This document shows positions 56,390 to 64,000 of a stretch of DNA of 64,000 bases, one piece after another. The number at the start of each line of letters is the position of its first letter. Within the stretch, counting starts at the first letter, position 1. A program made the translations under genes and the position numbers. The stretch lies in IMG/VR virus record IMGVR_UViG_3300027736_001324, positions 186,001 through 250,000 of that record; one strand, written 5' to 3'. The notes under the pieces are model-generated. The model worked only from the letters and a program-made list of their open reading frames with translations, searched no databases and was not told the DNA's origin.

Positions 56390-56880
56390 TACCACTCACC
56401 TTCATTACGCATACGTTTAATAAAAGACAAGTAATTACTACATACACCAAAACAACGTAGGTGTACTGTAGAATACATTCCTCTATCCTGTATCTCGGGT
56501 AGAAATATAACACTAGAATTATCTATCGCAACAGTTCCGGGAGTGATAATTTTTCCATTGCTTGCTGTTACGGGAGTACTTTCTGTGTCAGTGGGGAACC
56601 AAAAGTAATTTGGATATAATTTACTTGGTTGAGTTACTATCCAAGTTTGCATCTCATCATTCATAGCATTAAGCCAAAAACGAGGACCTTGAAGATATTT
56701 TTCGGTTACTTGAGTTATGGGTTGATCTACGCCCAAATATAGAATTCCACTATCACGCCAAACATTGACCATAGTGCTGAACCCAGCATTCATTGATTTG
56801 GTTATTTGTTTTGGGGTAGCAGCATCCTCAAAATTGGTGCCGTCGTAGATTCCCTGATAAGAGATATATTGTAAACGCAT
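56386..56880 (-). CDS. degenerate glycerophosphodiester phosphodiesterase-like protein
   Basis: ISYQG (cf. AHRG), AGFSTMVNVW, LGVDQP (cf. LGHD). Confidence 0.5.
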   Translation of the reverse strand: MRLQYISYQGIYDGTNFEDAATPKQITKSMNAGFSTMVNVWRDSGILYLGVDQPITQVTEKYLQGPRFWLNAMNDEMQTWIVTQPSKLYPNYFWFPTDTESTPVTASNGKIITPGTVAIDNSSVIFLPEIQDRGMYSTVHLRCFGVCSNYLSFIKRMRNEGEWY

Positions 56881-57120
56881 TTAGTATTTAGTCTTGTCAA
56901 CGGAAGTACGGTCTGCCGCGTTATATATATATGCAAGACAAAAATCAACTTGATGATTACGAAACGAAAAAGGATAAAACCGAACCGTTTATGGAACAGT
57001 ATTTGCCCACTAGTTACGATTGGAGATTATCCAATTGTGATGAAAGGCGTAGTGGTCCATGTAAGATCAAAGATGAATATGTTAAGCATAAATTTCATTA
57101 ACACTAAAAGGAAACTTCAA

Positions 57121-57414
57121 ATGAAAACAATCGCTACTCTTATCGCTACTTTGGTAACTACTGCTGCTTTTGCAACTGAGCCTGCTAAGACCCCCGCAGC
57201 ACCGGCTGCTCCCGCTGTAACTGCTTCCGCTGTAACTGTTTCCGCCCCTGCTGCTCCAGCTAAGGAAGAAATGAAGTTAGCCAAGAAGAAGGAGGACAAG
57301 AAAGCTGATGCCACCAAAAGTGCTAAGCCAGCTAAACCTACCCAAGACAAAACGGCTACAGCTAAAACTGAGTCTGCAACACCAGCAGCGCCAGCAGTAC
57401 CCGCTACTAAGTAA
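57121..57414 (+). CDS. secreted Pro/Ala/Lys-rich protein
   Basis: Signal peptide MKTIATLIATLVTTAAFA; SD AAAGGA. Confidence 0.7.
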   Translation: MKTIATLIATLVTTAAFATEPAKTPAAPAAPAVTASAVTVSAPAAPAKEEMKLAKKKEDKKADATKSAKPAKPTQDKTATAKTESATPAAPAVPATK

Positions 57415-57673
57415 TACAATAATAGAGGAAGATGATGACGATGATGGTCCAGAAGAATTGGATTATCATCGTGCATATGGTCGTCCTAAGGTTTACTATG
57501 TAGATGAAAAAGTTATAGATTTAGGTGATGAACCATTATCTGATTATGTAACTGTTAGGTTAGCCCTTTCCAGAGCAAAAGCCTTGCTAAAATATAGAGA
57601 AACCTATACAATTGTATAAATACAGTTAAGAGTTCTGTACAAAAACTCTTTAACACACTTACACGGAGAATAT

Positions 57674-57847
57674 ATGTTAAACCAACTAGCGGGCTATTTT
57701 TGTAGCCTACTCAATAACTTCAGCAGACCACAGACTTATGGTACTGCATTAGAAGAATACATTGTTAGACATGCACCCCAAAATGCATGTGATGTAGACC
57801 GTCTCACCCGTCAATTTGAAATACAACAATCTGGTAGAGGATGGTAA
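57674..57847 (+). CDS. 57-aa DUF3563-like protein
   Basis: LEEYIVRHAPQNACDVDRLTRQF; SD GGAG. Confidence 0.5.
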   Translation: MLNQLAGYFCSLLNNFSRPQTYGTALEEYIVRHAPQNACDVDRLTRQFEIQQSGRGW

Positions 57848-57849
57848 TC

Positions 57850-57984
57850 ATGCAAGTATTAAAAGCAATATACAATTTTTTTGGTGCAATGAGACAGGCC
57901 CGAGCAGCCTCAACATTAGCACACAATGGAGATCATAAAGGCGCACGTAAACTTATTATGTCTGACTTTAAGGGCTGGATCTAA
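57850..57984 (+). CDS. 44-aa small protein
   Basis: MQVLKAIYNFFGAMRQARAAS... Confidence 0.5.
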   Translation: MQVLKAIYNFFGAMRQARAASTLAHNGDHKGARKLIMSDFKGWI

Positions 57985-58016
57985 TAACTAAATAACATAC
58001 TAACAAAGGATCCATT

Positions 58017-58262
58017 ATGTTTACACCTGATTTTTATATAGAAATGTTCCAGACCTCAAAAAGGATGGCAACTAATCAAATTTTCAAAGACGAGAGATTA
58101 AATAAGGTTGCCAACGACTTTATAGATGCCCAAACAGTCTTTGCAAAGATGATGGCAAAGAATACAATAGAGATGTTAACTTATGCTGCTGACAGCATGA
58201 GTAAAACAATTTATCCTCAAGGTGAGGATGAAACAGTCAAGGCAAAGACTGCGAAAAAATAA
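58017..58262 (+). CDS. phasin-like protein
   Basis: Amphipathic 81 aa; FIDAQTVFAKMMAK pattern. Confidence 0.4.
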   Translation: MFTPDFYIEMFQTSKRMATNQIFKDERLNKVANDFIDAQTVFAKMMAKNTIEMLTYAADSMSKTIYPQGEDETVKAKTAKK

Positions 58263-58303
58263 GCTATTTTTACACACACCGACATTAACACAAGGAGATT
58301 AAT

Positions 58304-58576
58304 ATGTCAACATTTGATACACCAAAATTACCCGAAGTAAAATTAAACAAAAACGGTTACGAAATCCGTGCCGACATTCTAGACATGGCCAAAGGCTTAG
58401 TTAGTGAAGATTATCACTCTAAATTCCGCGGTTGGGAAATGACTGTCGCTAAGGATGAAAAGACTGGACAAATCGTTACCAAAGTTGGTATGCCCGAATT
58501 CCCAGGTCTAGACAAGATTTTGGAAACTGCTGAAAAGATGTATGGTTTTGTAAACCAAAATACAACTAAGAAGTAA
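58304..58576 (+). CDS. hypothetical protein
   Basis: KNGYEIRADILDMAK..ILETAEKMYGFV. Confidence 0.65.
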   Translation: MSTFDTPKLPEVKLNKNGYEIRADILDMAKGLVSEDYHSKFRGWEMTVAKDEKTGQIVTKVGMPEFPGLDKILETAEKMYGFVNQNTTKK

Positions 58577-58586
58577 TTCTACCCCA

Positions 58587-58610
58587 AAATGCCCCAAAAT
58601 CGGGGCATTT
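58587..58610 (+). terminator. stem-loop / probable terminator
   Basis: AAATGCCCC-AAAATC-GGGGCATTT. Confidence 0.65.
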
Positions 58611-58626
58611 CCACGGGTAAAAAAGG

Positions 58627-58683
58627 TTGACATTAAATGGATTTGGGTATATAATAGAGGCTTAGACAGTCAACAAACGGAGT
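58627..58683 (+). promoter_or_regulatory. early promoter-RBS cassette copy 1
   Basis: TTGACA-17bp-TATAAT...CGGAGT. Confidence 0.9.
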
Positions 58684-58688
58684 ATTTT

Positions 58689-59021
58689 ATGATGATTGAA
58701 AAAGAAACTAAACACAAGTCTGCTGGCAATTTTGCTTGGTTCGCTGAACGTGATGCAAGATTGCGTAGTGCAGTTAATAGTTCTTTGTTTACTGAAATAC
58801 AGAAAATTCGTGCTGAACAAGTCAAATTGGGCCTGGAAATGGTCTATAGTGCTGATAGAGTTTATGTTGAATTTCGCAAAACATTTATCAGCGTCAAAGT
58901 AGAAAAGCCCAATGTGCGTGATCGTAAGGGCCTAGCAATGCTAGAAACTTGCTATGCAAACGAAGATTTTGAAAAGTGCAAGACTGCACAGGGTGTTACT
59001 TATCGTCTGTTTCGCAAATAA
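58689..59021 (+). CDS. early hypothetical protein
   Basis: 110 aa. Confidence 0.65.
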   Translation: MMIEKETKHKSAGNFAWFAERDARLRSAVNSSLFTEIQKIRAEQVKLGLEMVYSADRVYVEFRKTFISVKVEKPNVRDRKGLAMLETCYANEDFEKCKTAQGVTYRLFRK

Positions 59022-59023
59022 AC

Positions 59024-59080
59024 TTGACAATAAATGGATTTGGGTATATAATAGAATCTTAGACAGTAACAAAACGGAGT
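59024..59080 (+). promoter_or_regulatory. early promoter-RBS cassette copy 2
   Basis: 51/57 identical to 58627-58683. Confidence 0.9.
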
Positions 59081-59085
59081 TAATT

Positions 59086-59313
59086 ATGAATCTCAATATC
59101 AATGATGCAATTTCTTGGACTAGTGCTGCTGGCAACCTGTCAGGCTATATCACTAATATTTGCTTGAATCTCAATGCTGCTAATCAAATTGTAGCTTGGA
59201 TTGATGTTACATATATGCACGAAAACGGCCGTGAATGTAGTGTCCGTCTTTGCGCTACTGAATCAAATCTCAAGGCAATGCGTGTTGCTAAACTTAACGC
59301 TGAATCTGTTTAA
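59086..59313 (+). CDS. early hypothetical protein
   Basis: ATG 59086 after GGAG. Confidence 0.6.
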   Translation: MNLNINDAISWTSAAGNLSGYITNICLNLNAANQIVAWIDVTYMHENGRECSVRLCATESNLKAMRVAKLNAESV

Positions 59314-59323
59314 GGAGTAAATT

Positions 59324-59521
59324 ATGGCAATCGTATACAATGTTCAAATGCACCCTGTATATGAAGGGCATATCAATGACCATAAGGTCCTGACTGAGCG
59401 TGAGTTTACTACCTGTCAGGATGCTATTGACTATGTGGAGTTCTTTAACTCAATGGGAGCCCATGGAGTCATTGCTGTCTATACTGGTGCCATTGATACA
59501 GTCTCTGGTGAAAATCTATAA
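59324..59521 (+). CDS. early hypothetical protein
   Basis: 65 aa, SD AAGGAG. Confidence 0.6.
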   Translation: MAIVYNVQMHPVYEGHINDHKVLTEREFTTCQDAIDYVEFFNSMGAHGVIAVYTGAIDTVSGENL

Positions 59522-59536
59522 ACTAAAGGAATTGTA

Positions 59537-60178
59537 ATGTCTCGCTTTCAAAAACCTGCTCCCCTCAATCTTAATGCCGATGATGTTTGGGCGGCTGCTT
59601 GCATGGCACAACGGTTAAATCAAGGCTACATAAAGGTTAGTGAAGATGCCCCAATGGGGCAAACAAACCGTAATCTAGTAACGCAATATATTGCCGACAC
59701 TAGTAAGATCACCAACGAGGATCGTGAAGAAGGTAAATTGGTTCGCAAATTCTATCAAGCATATACATTCAAAATACTTAAAGGTATCAGGTTGTCTGAA
59801 TTTGACAACACCGCAATGTTACTTGCTAATCGTGAAACTATTGATACCGGGTTTGATATAGCAGTAATTACTAGTTTGCCCTCAGGCTATGTTCGTGGCA
59901 TGAAACGTCAAACAGTGGACCAGCGTATCAATTTTGCTAACGGCGGACTAATCGGTAGTGTAGGTGACAAGGTGTCTCCTTCTATTGAGGTACTCAAATC
60001 CGTATTCTCGCAAACTTGGAATACACATTACATCACCGGTATTACTAGTGATGACCAAGTGTTGTTCTTTGCGTACAAACAACAACTAGAAGTGGGCAAG
60101 CAGTTTGATATTTATGGAACTGTCAAAGCACACCGTGATAATACTACTCAACTTAACCGTGTAAAGGTAATCGTATGA
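59537..60178 (+). CDS. hypothetical protein with probable C-terminal OB fold
   Basis: GTVKAHRDNTTQLNRVK ending. Confidence 0.55.
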   Translation: MSRFQKPAPLNLNADDVWAAACMAQRLNQGYIKVSEDAPMGQTNRNLVTQYIADTSKITNEDREEGKLVRKFYQAYTFKILKGIRLSEFDNTAMLLANRETIDTGFDIAVITSLPSGYVRGMKRQTVDQRINFANGGLIGSVGDKVSPSIEVLKSVFSQTWNTHYITGITSDDQVLFFAYKQQLEVGKQFDIYGTVKAHRDNTTQLNRVKVIV

Positions 60179-60318
60179 AAACAAAATTGGTATCGGCAAT
60201 GTTGCTATTGACTTTTATTGCAGGATGCAGTACAATAGCGGGGACAGTAAAGGGAGTCGGTGAAGATGTTAAATCGGGAACTGATTCGTTATCTAAAATA
60301 ATCAAACCTAATCAATAA
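60175..60318 (+). CDS. entericidin-like small lipoprotein
   Basis: MKTKLVSAMLLLTFIAG-CSTIAGTVKGVGEDVKSG; lipobox plus EcnA/B-like GxGxD. Confidence 0.55.
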   Translation: MKTKLVSAMLLLTFIAGCSTIAGTVKGVGEDVKSGTDSLSKIIKPNQ

Positions 60319-60320
60319 TT

Positions 60321-60452
60321 ATGAGAAACTTTTTTCTAGGAACAATATTTGGTATCGTTATCGCTACTGTGGGTTTTAGCGGAATTGCTAAACTACTTGA
60401 CGGTGGTGTTAACAAAGTTAAATCAATCACGCAAGAACAGGTGAAAGAATGA
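60321..60452 (+). CDS. small membrane protein
   Basis: 43 aa, N-terminal TM helix. Confidence 0.55.
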   Translation: MRNFFLGTIFGIVIATVGFSGIAKLLDGGVNKVKSITQEQVKE

Positions 60453-60543
60453 TAGCTTGGATAGCAGTCATTTTGATGATTATATATGGTCATGTTTGGC
60501 TTGCTCTCCTGTTAGCATTACTCATTATATTTTCTGATTAACT

Positions 60544-60909
60544 ATGCACGAAAAATTATCATTGTTTCCGGGACTAGATGAGAAGGGTCGCAGATTAGGT
60601 GAGATTCGTGTCCCTACACATACCATGGAAGCATTGGATAATTACTTCCTCAGGGGTTATGAACCGGGCGATTTCCTTACAGGTATACTTACTAACAATT
60701 TGTATCGTGCGGTGGCTAGTGCAGATTTGGCTAATCGTCATGCTATCTGGGAAATAGTTAAATGGTTGACTACTAACCCGATAGTACCGGAACATAGCTG
60801 GGGAACTCAGCATTGGGTTAATTGGTGGTTAAATGATACTGAACAAGTTAGAACCAAGTTTGTAGAGAAGATTGAAAAAGAATATATTTGGAAAACACTG
60901 AAAGGTTAA
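60544..60909 (+). CDS. hypothetical protein
   Basis: 121 aa. Confidence 0.6.
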   Translation: MHEKLSLFPGLDEKGRRLGEIRVPTHTMEALDNYFLRGYEPGDFLTGILTNNLYRAVASADLANRHAIWEIVKWLTTNPIVPEHSWGTQHWVNWWLNDTEQVRTKFVEKIEKEYIWKTLKG

Positions 60910-60910
60910 T

Positions 60911-61261
60911 ATGAGTGGCTGGAATACAATTCGTCAAATTCATATCTTAGAAGAACGAGCAGATAAACTTGGGCTAAAGTTTGCCGCATACAAACATGAT
61001 GATAGCTTTGGTGCCAATGTAGCATTAGTTCCCAAAGATAGTGATGTATTGCCCATCTATAGCCGTGATGCGGTAATGTATGTTGGCACATTAGAAGGTG
61101 CTGATAGTTGGATGCGAGGTGTATTGTGGGCACGAGAATATGATCGTATGACCATTGATCGTAAGCTGGATGAAAAGCGTGAACGCAAAGAACAAGACGA
61201 ACGCAACAAGCAAATGGTTAAAATCTTGAAAGAAGAAAAACTAAGTTTAGTGCAGACATAA
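60911..61261 (+). CDS. hypothetical protein
   Basis: 116 aa. Confidence 0.65.
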   Translation: MSGWNTIRQIHILEERADKLGLKFAAYKHDDSFGANVALVPKDSDVLPIYSRDAVMYVGTLEGADSWMRGVLWAREYDRMTIDRKLDEKRERKEQDERNKQMVKILKEEKLSLVQT

Positions 61262-61269
61262 ATAATGTT

Positions 61270-61488
61270 ATGATTAAAAATGTAATTATTGCAGGGTTAT
61301 CATTGATTGTTGTAATGTGCTGGATTAAAGTTGATCCGGAATGTGTTAATAACGGTGAGGATCCAAATGCAGTAACTATAGAATATCAATGCTCTGATTT
61401 AGAAGATTACGAAAATGTCCCGCCCGAGGTCATGGAAGAATGCATTAAACGGGCAAATGAATTCACAAATCGAAAAACTAAACCTTGA
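61270..61488 (+). CDS. small membrane-anchored protein
   Basis: N-terminal TM, Cys residues; ATG 5 nt after TAAATA. Confidence 0.6.
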   Translation: MIKNVIIAGLSLIVVMCWIKVDPECVNNGEDPNAVTIEYQCSDLEDYENVPPEVMEECIKRANEFTNRKTKP

Positions 61489-61513
61489 CAACATTGCTAA
61501 TATATAGTATAAT
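61485..61513 (+). promoter_or_regulatory. sigma70-type promoter
   Basis: TTGACA-17bp-TATAAT. Confidence 0.88.
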
Positions 61514-61536
61514 ATTAGCATATATAGGAGTTATAA

Positions 61537-62871
61537 ATGTCAGCAAGTTGGATTAAAAAATTAAACGAGAGTGATAGTCGCCTACACAAAGAAGATGTAT
61601 TAAGACAAGCATTAGAAGCAAGTGTCCTAGGCAGCACAAACGCAATCAATTTTTTAAAATTTACTAAACTTTGTTACAATCCCTATGTTACATTTGGGGT
61701 GCGTCAAGTCCCTGATTCAAAAAATGTTTTTAATAAAACTAATCCATGGGATCAGTTTGAGGAATTGTTAACAAAACTTAGCAATAGAGAATTGACAGGT
61801 AATGCGGCACTAGATGCTATCACATCCCTTGCATGGAATTTTGATAGTGAAGAATGGATGAACTTTGTTTTGCCTGTAATTACCAGAGACCTTCGTGCTG
61901 GCATCAGTGATAAAACCATTAACAAGGTATGCAAAGGCACTGAATTTGAAATTCCAGTCTTTGGTTGTCAACTAGCAACAACCTGTGAAGATCGTCCAGA
62001 GATGAAGGGCACTAAACGTTTAGAACCTAAATTAGATGGTGTTCGTGTATTGATGGTATTCACTCCTAATCTTAAAGGCGAGGCATCTGTTATTAGTTTC
62101 AGTCGCAATGGCAAAGAGTTTGACAACTTTACTACAATTGAAAACCAAATCTCTAGTCGATTCAAAGAAATTATCGGCACAAATGCACGTACATTAAAGA
62201 ATGGATTTGTATTTGATGGTGAGGTTGTTGGTAATTCTTTTCAAGAATTAATGAAACAAGCACGTAGAAAGAAAGATGCAAAGGCAGATGATAGTGTTTT
62301 TCATATCTTTGATATTATTCCAATTGATGAATTCTACAAAGGTATATACGAGGAACCATTAAGCAAACGTCTAAAGATATTAGACAAAATGAATGGTATC
62401 ATTGAAGAATTGCCAAACGTAGAGTTTCTAACTAGTATCAAAGTTAATTTAGATACTGCGGCAGGTAAGAATCAATTAGACAGATATGCCAAAAACAAAG
62501 TTGCAGAAGGCTTTGAAGGCATTATGATTAAGGACCTCGATGCATATTACGAATGTAAACGTAATACATCTTGGATGAAATGGAAGCCTACACTTACTGT
62601 AGATTTGGAGGTCATTGATGTTCAAGAAGGCACTGGAAAAAATAAAGGACGACTTGGAGCTCTTGTTTGCGCCGGCCACGACCAAGGGGTCGATATTTCA
62701 GTCAATGTTGGTAGTGGGTTTAGTGATGACAATAGACATGATTATTGGGATAACAGTGATAGTGTTATTGGTCGAACTGTTGAAATCTTATGTGATGCCG
62801 TAACACAAAACAAAGACGGAACATATAGTTTGCGCTTTCCCAGATTCGTTCGTTTTCGTGACGATAAGTGA
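61537..62871 (+). CDS. ATP-dependent DNA ligase
   Basis: EPKLDGVR (KxDG), FDGE, EGIMIK, WMKWK, VGSG, SLRFP. Confidence 0.95.
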   Translation: MSASWIKKLNESDSRLHKEDVLRQALEASVLGSTNAINFLKFTKLCYNPYVTFGVRQVPDSKNVFNKTNPWDQFEELLTKLSNRELTGNAALDAITSLAWNFDSEEWMNFVLPVITRDLRAGISDKTINKVCKGTEFEIPVFGCQLATTCEDRPEMKGTKRLEPKLDGVRVLMVFTPNLKGEASVISFSRNGKEFDNFTTIENQISSRFKEIIGTNARTLKNGFVFDGEVVGNSFQELMKQARRKKDAKADDSVFHIFDIIPIDEFYKGIYEEPLSKRLKILDKMNGIIEELPNVEFLTSIKVNLDTAAGKNQLDRYAKNKVAEGFEGIMIKDLDAYYECKRNTSWMKWKPTLTVDLEVIDVQEGTGKNKGRLGALVCAGHDQGVDISVNVGSGFSDDNRHDYWDNSDSVIGRTVEILCDAVTQNKDGTYSLRFPRFVRFRDDK

Positions 62872-62879
62872 TATAATAC

Positions 62880-63098
62880 ATGAAAGCAAATATCAAAGAA
62901 TTAGCCGCCAAAGCAGGATTGGCTAAGGTTATAATCCATCCTACTTCGGACAGTGGAGTTTTTATTTCACTTGATCCTGAGTCGGAAAATAAATTAAAAG
63001 AATTTGCTAAATTGGTTGCGGTAGAATGTTCTACAATTGCTGATAAAGCAGAACCATATAAAGCATCTGATTTAATAAAAAAACATTTTGGAGTATGA
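62880..63098 (+). CDS. small protein, FGV-ending paralog family
   Basis: IKELAAKAG..FAKLVAVEC..IKKHFGV. Confidence 0.65.
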   Translation: MKANIKELAAKAGLAKVIIHPTSDSGVFISLDPESENKLKEFAKLVAVECSTIADKAEPYKASDLIKKHFGV

Positions 63099-63286
63099 CA
63101 ATGGCATTATTCGCAGTAGGTGATAAAGTAGAAAAAGTCAGTGGTTACAAATGGCCCGGTATAGTTGTGTCAGTATTTGATACGCTTGACGGTCAACGCA
63201 GAGTTGTTGTAGAATGTACTACTCCAGAAGTAGCAGGTGCTTTGCACATCTATAACGAAGGTCAATTAAGAATTTCTTTGGAGTAA
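63095..63286 (+). CDS. hypothetical protein (SH3-like)
   Basis: FAVGDKVEKVSGYKWPGIVV. Confidence 0.55.
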   Translation: MTMALFAVGDKVEKVSGYKWPGIVVSVFDTLDGQRRVVVECTTPEVAGALHIYNEGQLRISLE

Positions 63287-63289
63287 ATC

Positions 63290-64000
63290 ATGGTATCAGT
63301 TGTTAAAAGTGAATGGCATCAAGTAGAGAAACGATATGGCATTGAAATTGATGCCGATCTATTAAGTGAAATTTATCCTGAATTGGATGAAGATGAAATT
63401 GAAGCAAAACTTGCCGCACTAGAATCAGGTGAGGAAGATGCTGAAGAAGTTATCAATGAAGCATGGAACAATGATGTAGATATTGATTGGGATTATCTCA
63501 ATGAAGATGATTGGTGGACCGATCGTAAAGGTGGATATGAAGTTACTTACAAAGTAGAAGAATGGAAAGTACATGAAGATTATGTATCTCCCGTTACTCA
63601 CAAATGTACAAAGTGCAAGTGGACTGGAACACAGTATGATGCTGCATGGTCTTGGCAAGATAGTGACGGTAATGAGATAGATGATCCAATCAAGATTTGC
63701 CCCATGTGTGATAGTGCTACTGAATTAACAGAAGTAGGTGTTGAAGAAGCCGCAAAGGATGCTGCTAATAAAGCTAAATGGGCTAAGATTGAAGAAGATG
63801 AAGTGGAAGAAGATGATGAAAACGTCGGTACTCCGCCGAGTGATGAAGAAATGAAGGAGCAAATAGAAGCACTTGACGCACTTGTTAATGAGAAGGTTGC
63901 TAGATGGCCCTTTGATAAAGAAGCGGTAACTGAAGCAGCAGATTTACTTCCAAACTATCCAGCTGGTGAATATACTATTCGTATCTGGGGTCGTACCCGT
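63290..64000 (+). CDS. acidic Zn-ribbon protein (partial, runs off window)
   Basis: ATG 63290 after GGAG; CTKC..CPMC; no stop before end. Confidence 0.7.
   Translation, partial: MVSVVKSEWHQVEKRYGIEIDADLLSEIYPELDEDEIEAKLAALESGEEDAEEVINEAWNNDVDIDWDYLNEDDWWTDRKGGYEVTYKVEEWKVHEDYVSPVTHKCTKCKWTGTQYDAAWSWQDSDGNEIDDPIKICPMCDSATELTEVGVEEAAKDAANKAKWAKIEEDEVEEDDENVGTPPSDEEMKEQIEALDALVNEKVARWPFDKEAVTEAADLLPNYPAGEYTIRIWGRTR

Noticed and set aside
2657-63658. Numerous short antisense or alternate-frame ORFs in the supplied track (e.g. 2657-2950, 8004-8450, 34659-35159, 63425-63658)
   Set aside because: They overlap well-supported genes on the other strand or frame, and lack RBS/promoter context and motifs.
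1-64000. tRNA genes, rRNA, or stop-codon reassignment
   Set aside because: No cloverleaf with T-loop GTTC(G/A)A plus acceptor stem was recognised by eye (tRNAscan would be decisive). Conserved genes are full length under the standard code.

Overview
AT-rich, densely coding fragment of a large (jumbo) T4-like myophage genome. The clamp loader, GroES, PhoH, DnaJ, ClpA, DnaE fragment, PolB and clamp recall RaK2/GAP32-type jumbo phages, and phasin-like genes hint at a betaproteobacterial host; both are inferences. It holds replication/repair genes (PolB, clamp, clamp loader, 5'-3' exonuclease, ATP-dependent ligase, UvsE), chaperones, a 7-deazaguanine DNA-modification cluster (DpdA/TGT-like, FolE, two QueD-like, QueE, no QueC in the window) mixed with glycosyltransferases and nucleotide-sugar enzymes, and many small early genes behind sigma70 promoters. 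The most striking structure is two oppositely oriented loci (about 13.5-24.3 kb on +, 42.1-46.4 kb on -) of late-promoter genes. These start with T4-like capsid-targeting peptides and encode bead-on-a-string polyproteins of effector domains (nucleotidyltransferase, permuted papain-like, deaminase, GNAT, ADP-ribosyltransferase, ParB, GP88, LysM, a hidden Tat-signal module). Many modules are joined by an 18-bp repeat conserved at DNA level (CAAGGTGTGGCGGAAGGC, encoding QGVAEG; 10 copies, always in frame). I infer a shuffled, protease-processed, virion-delivered effector cassette system. All family assignments come from motif recognition by eye; no searches were run. No tRNA, rRNA, CRISPR array, intron or intein was recognised.
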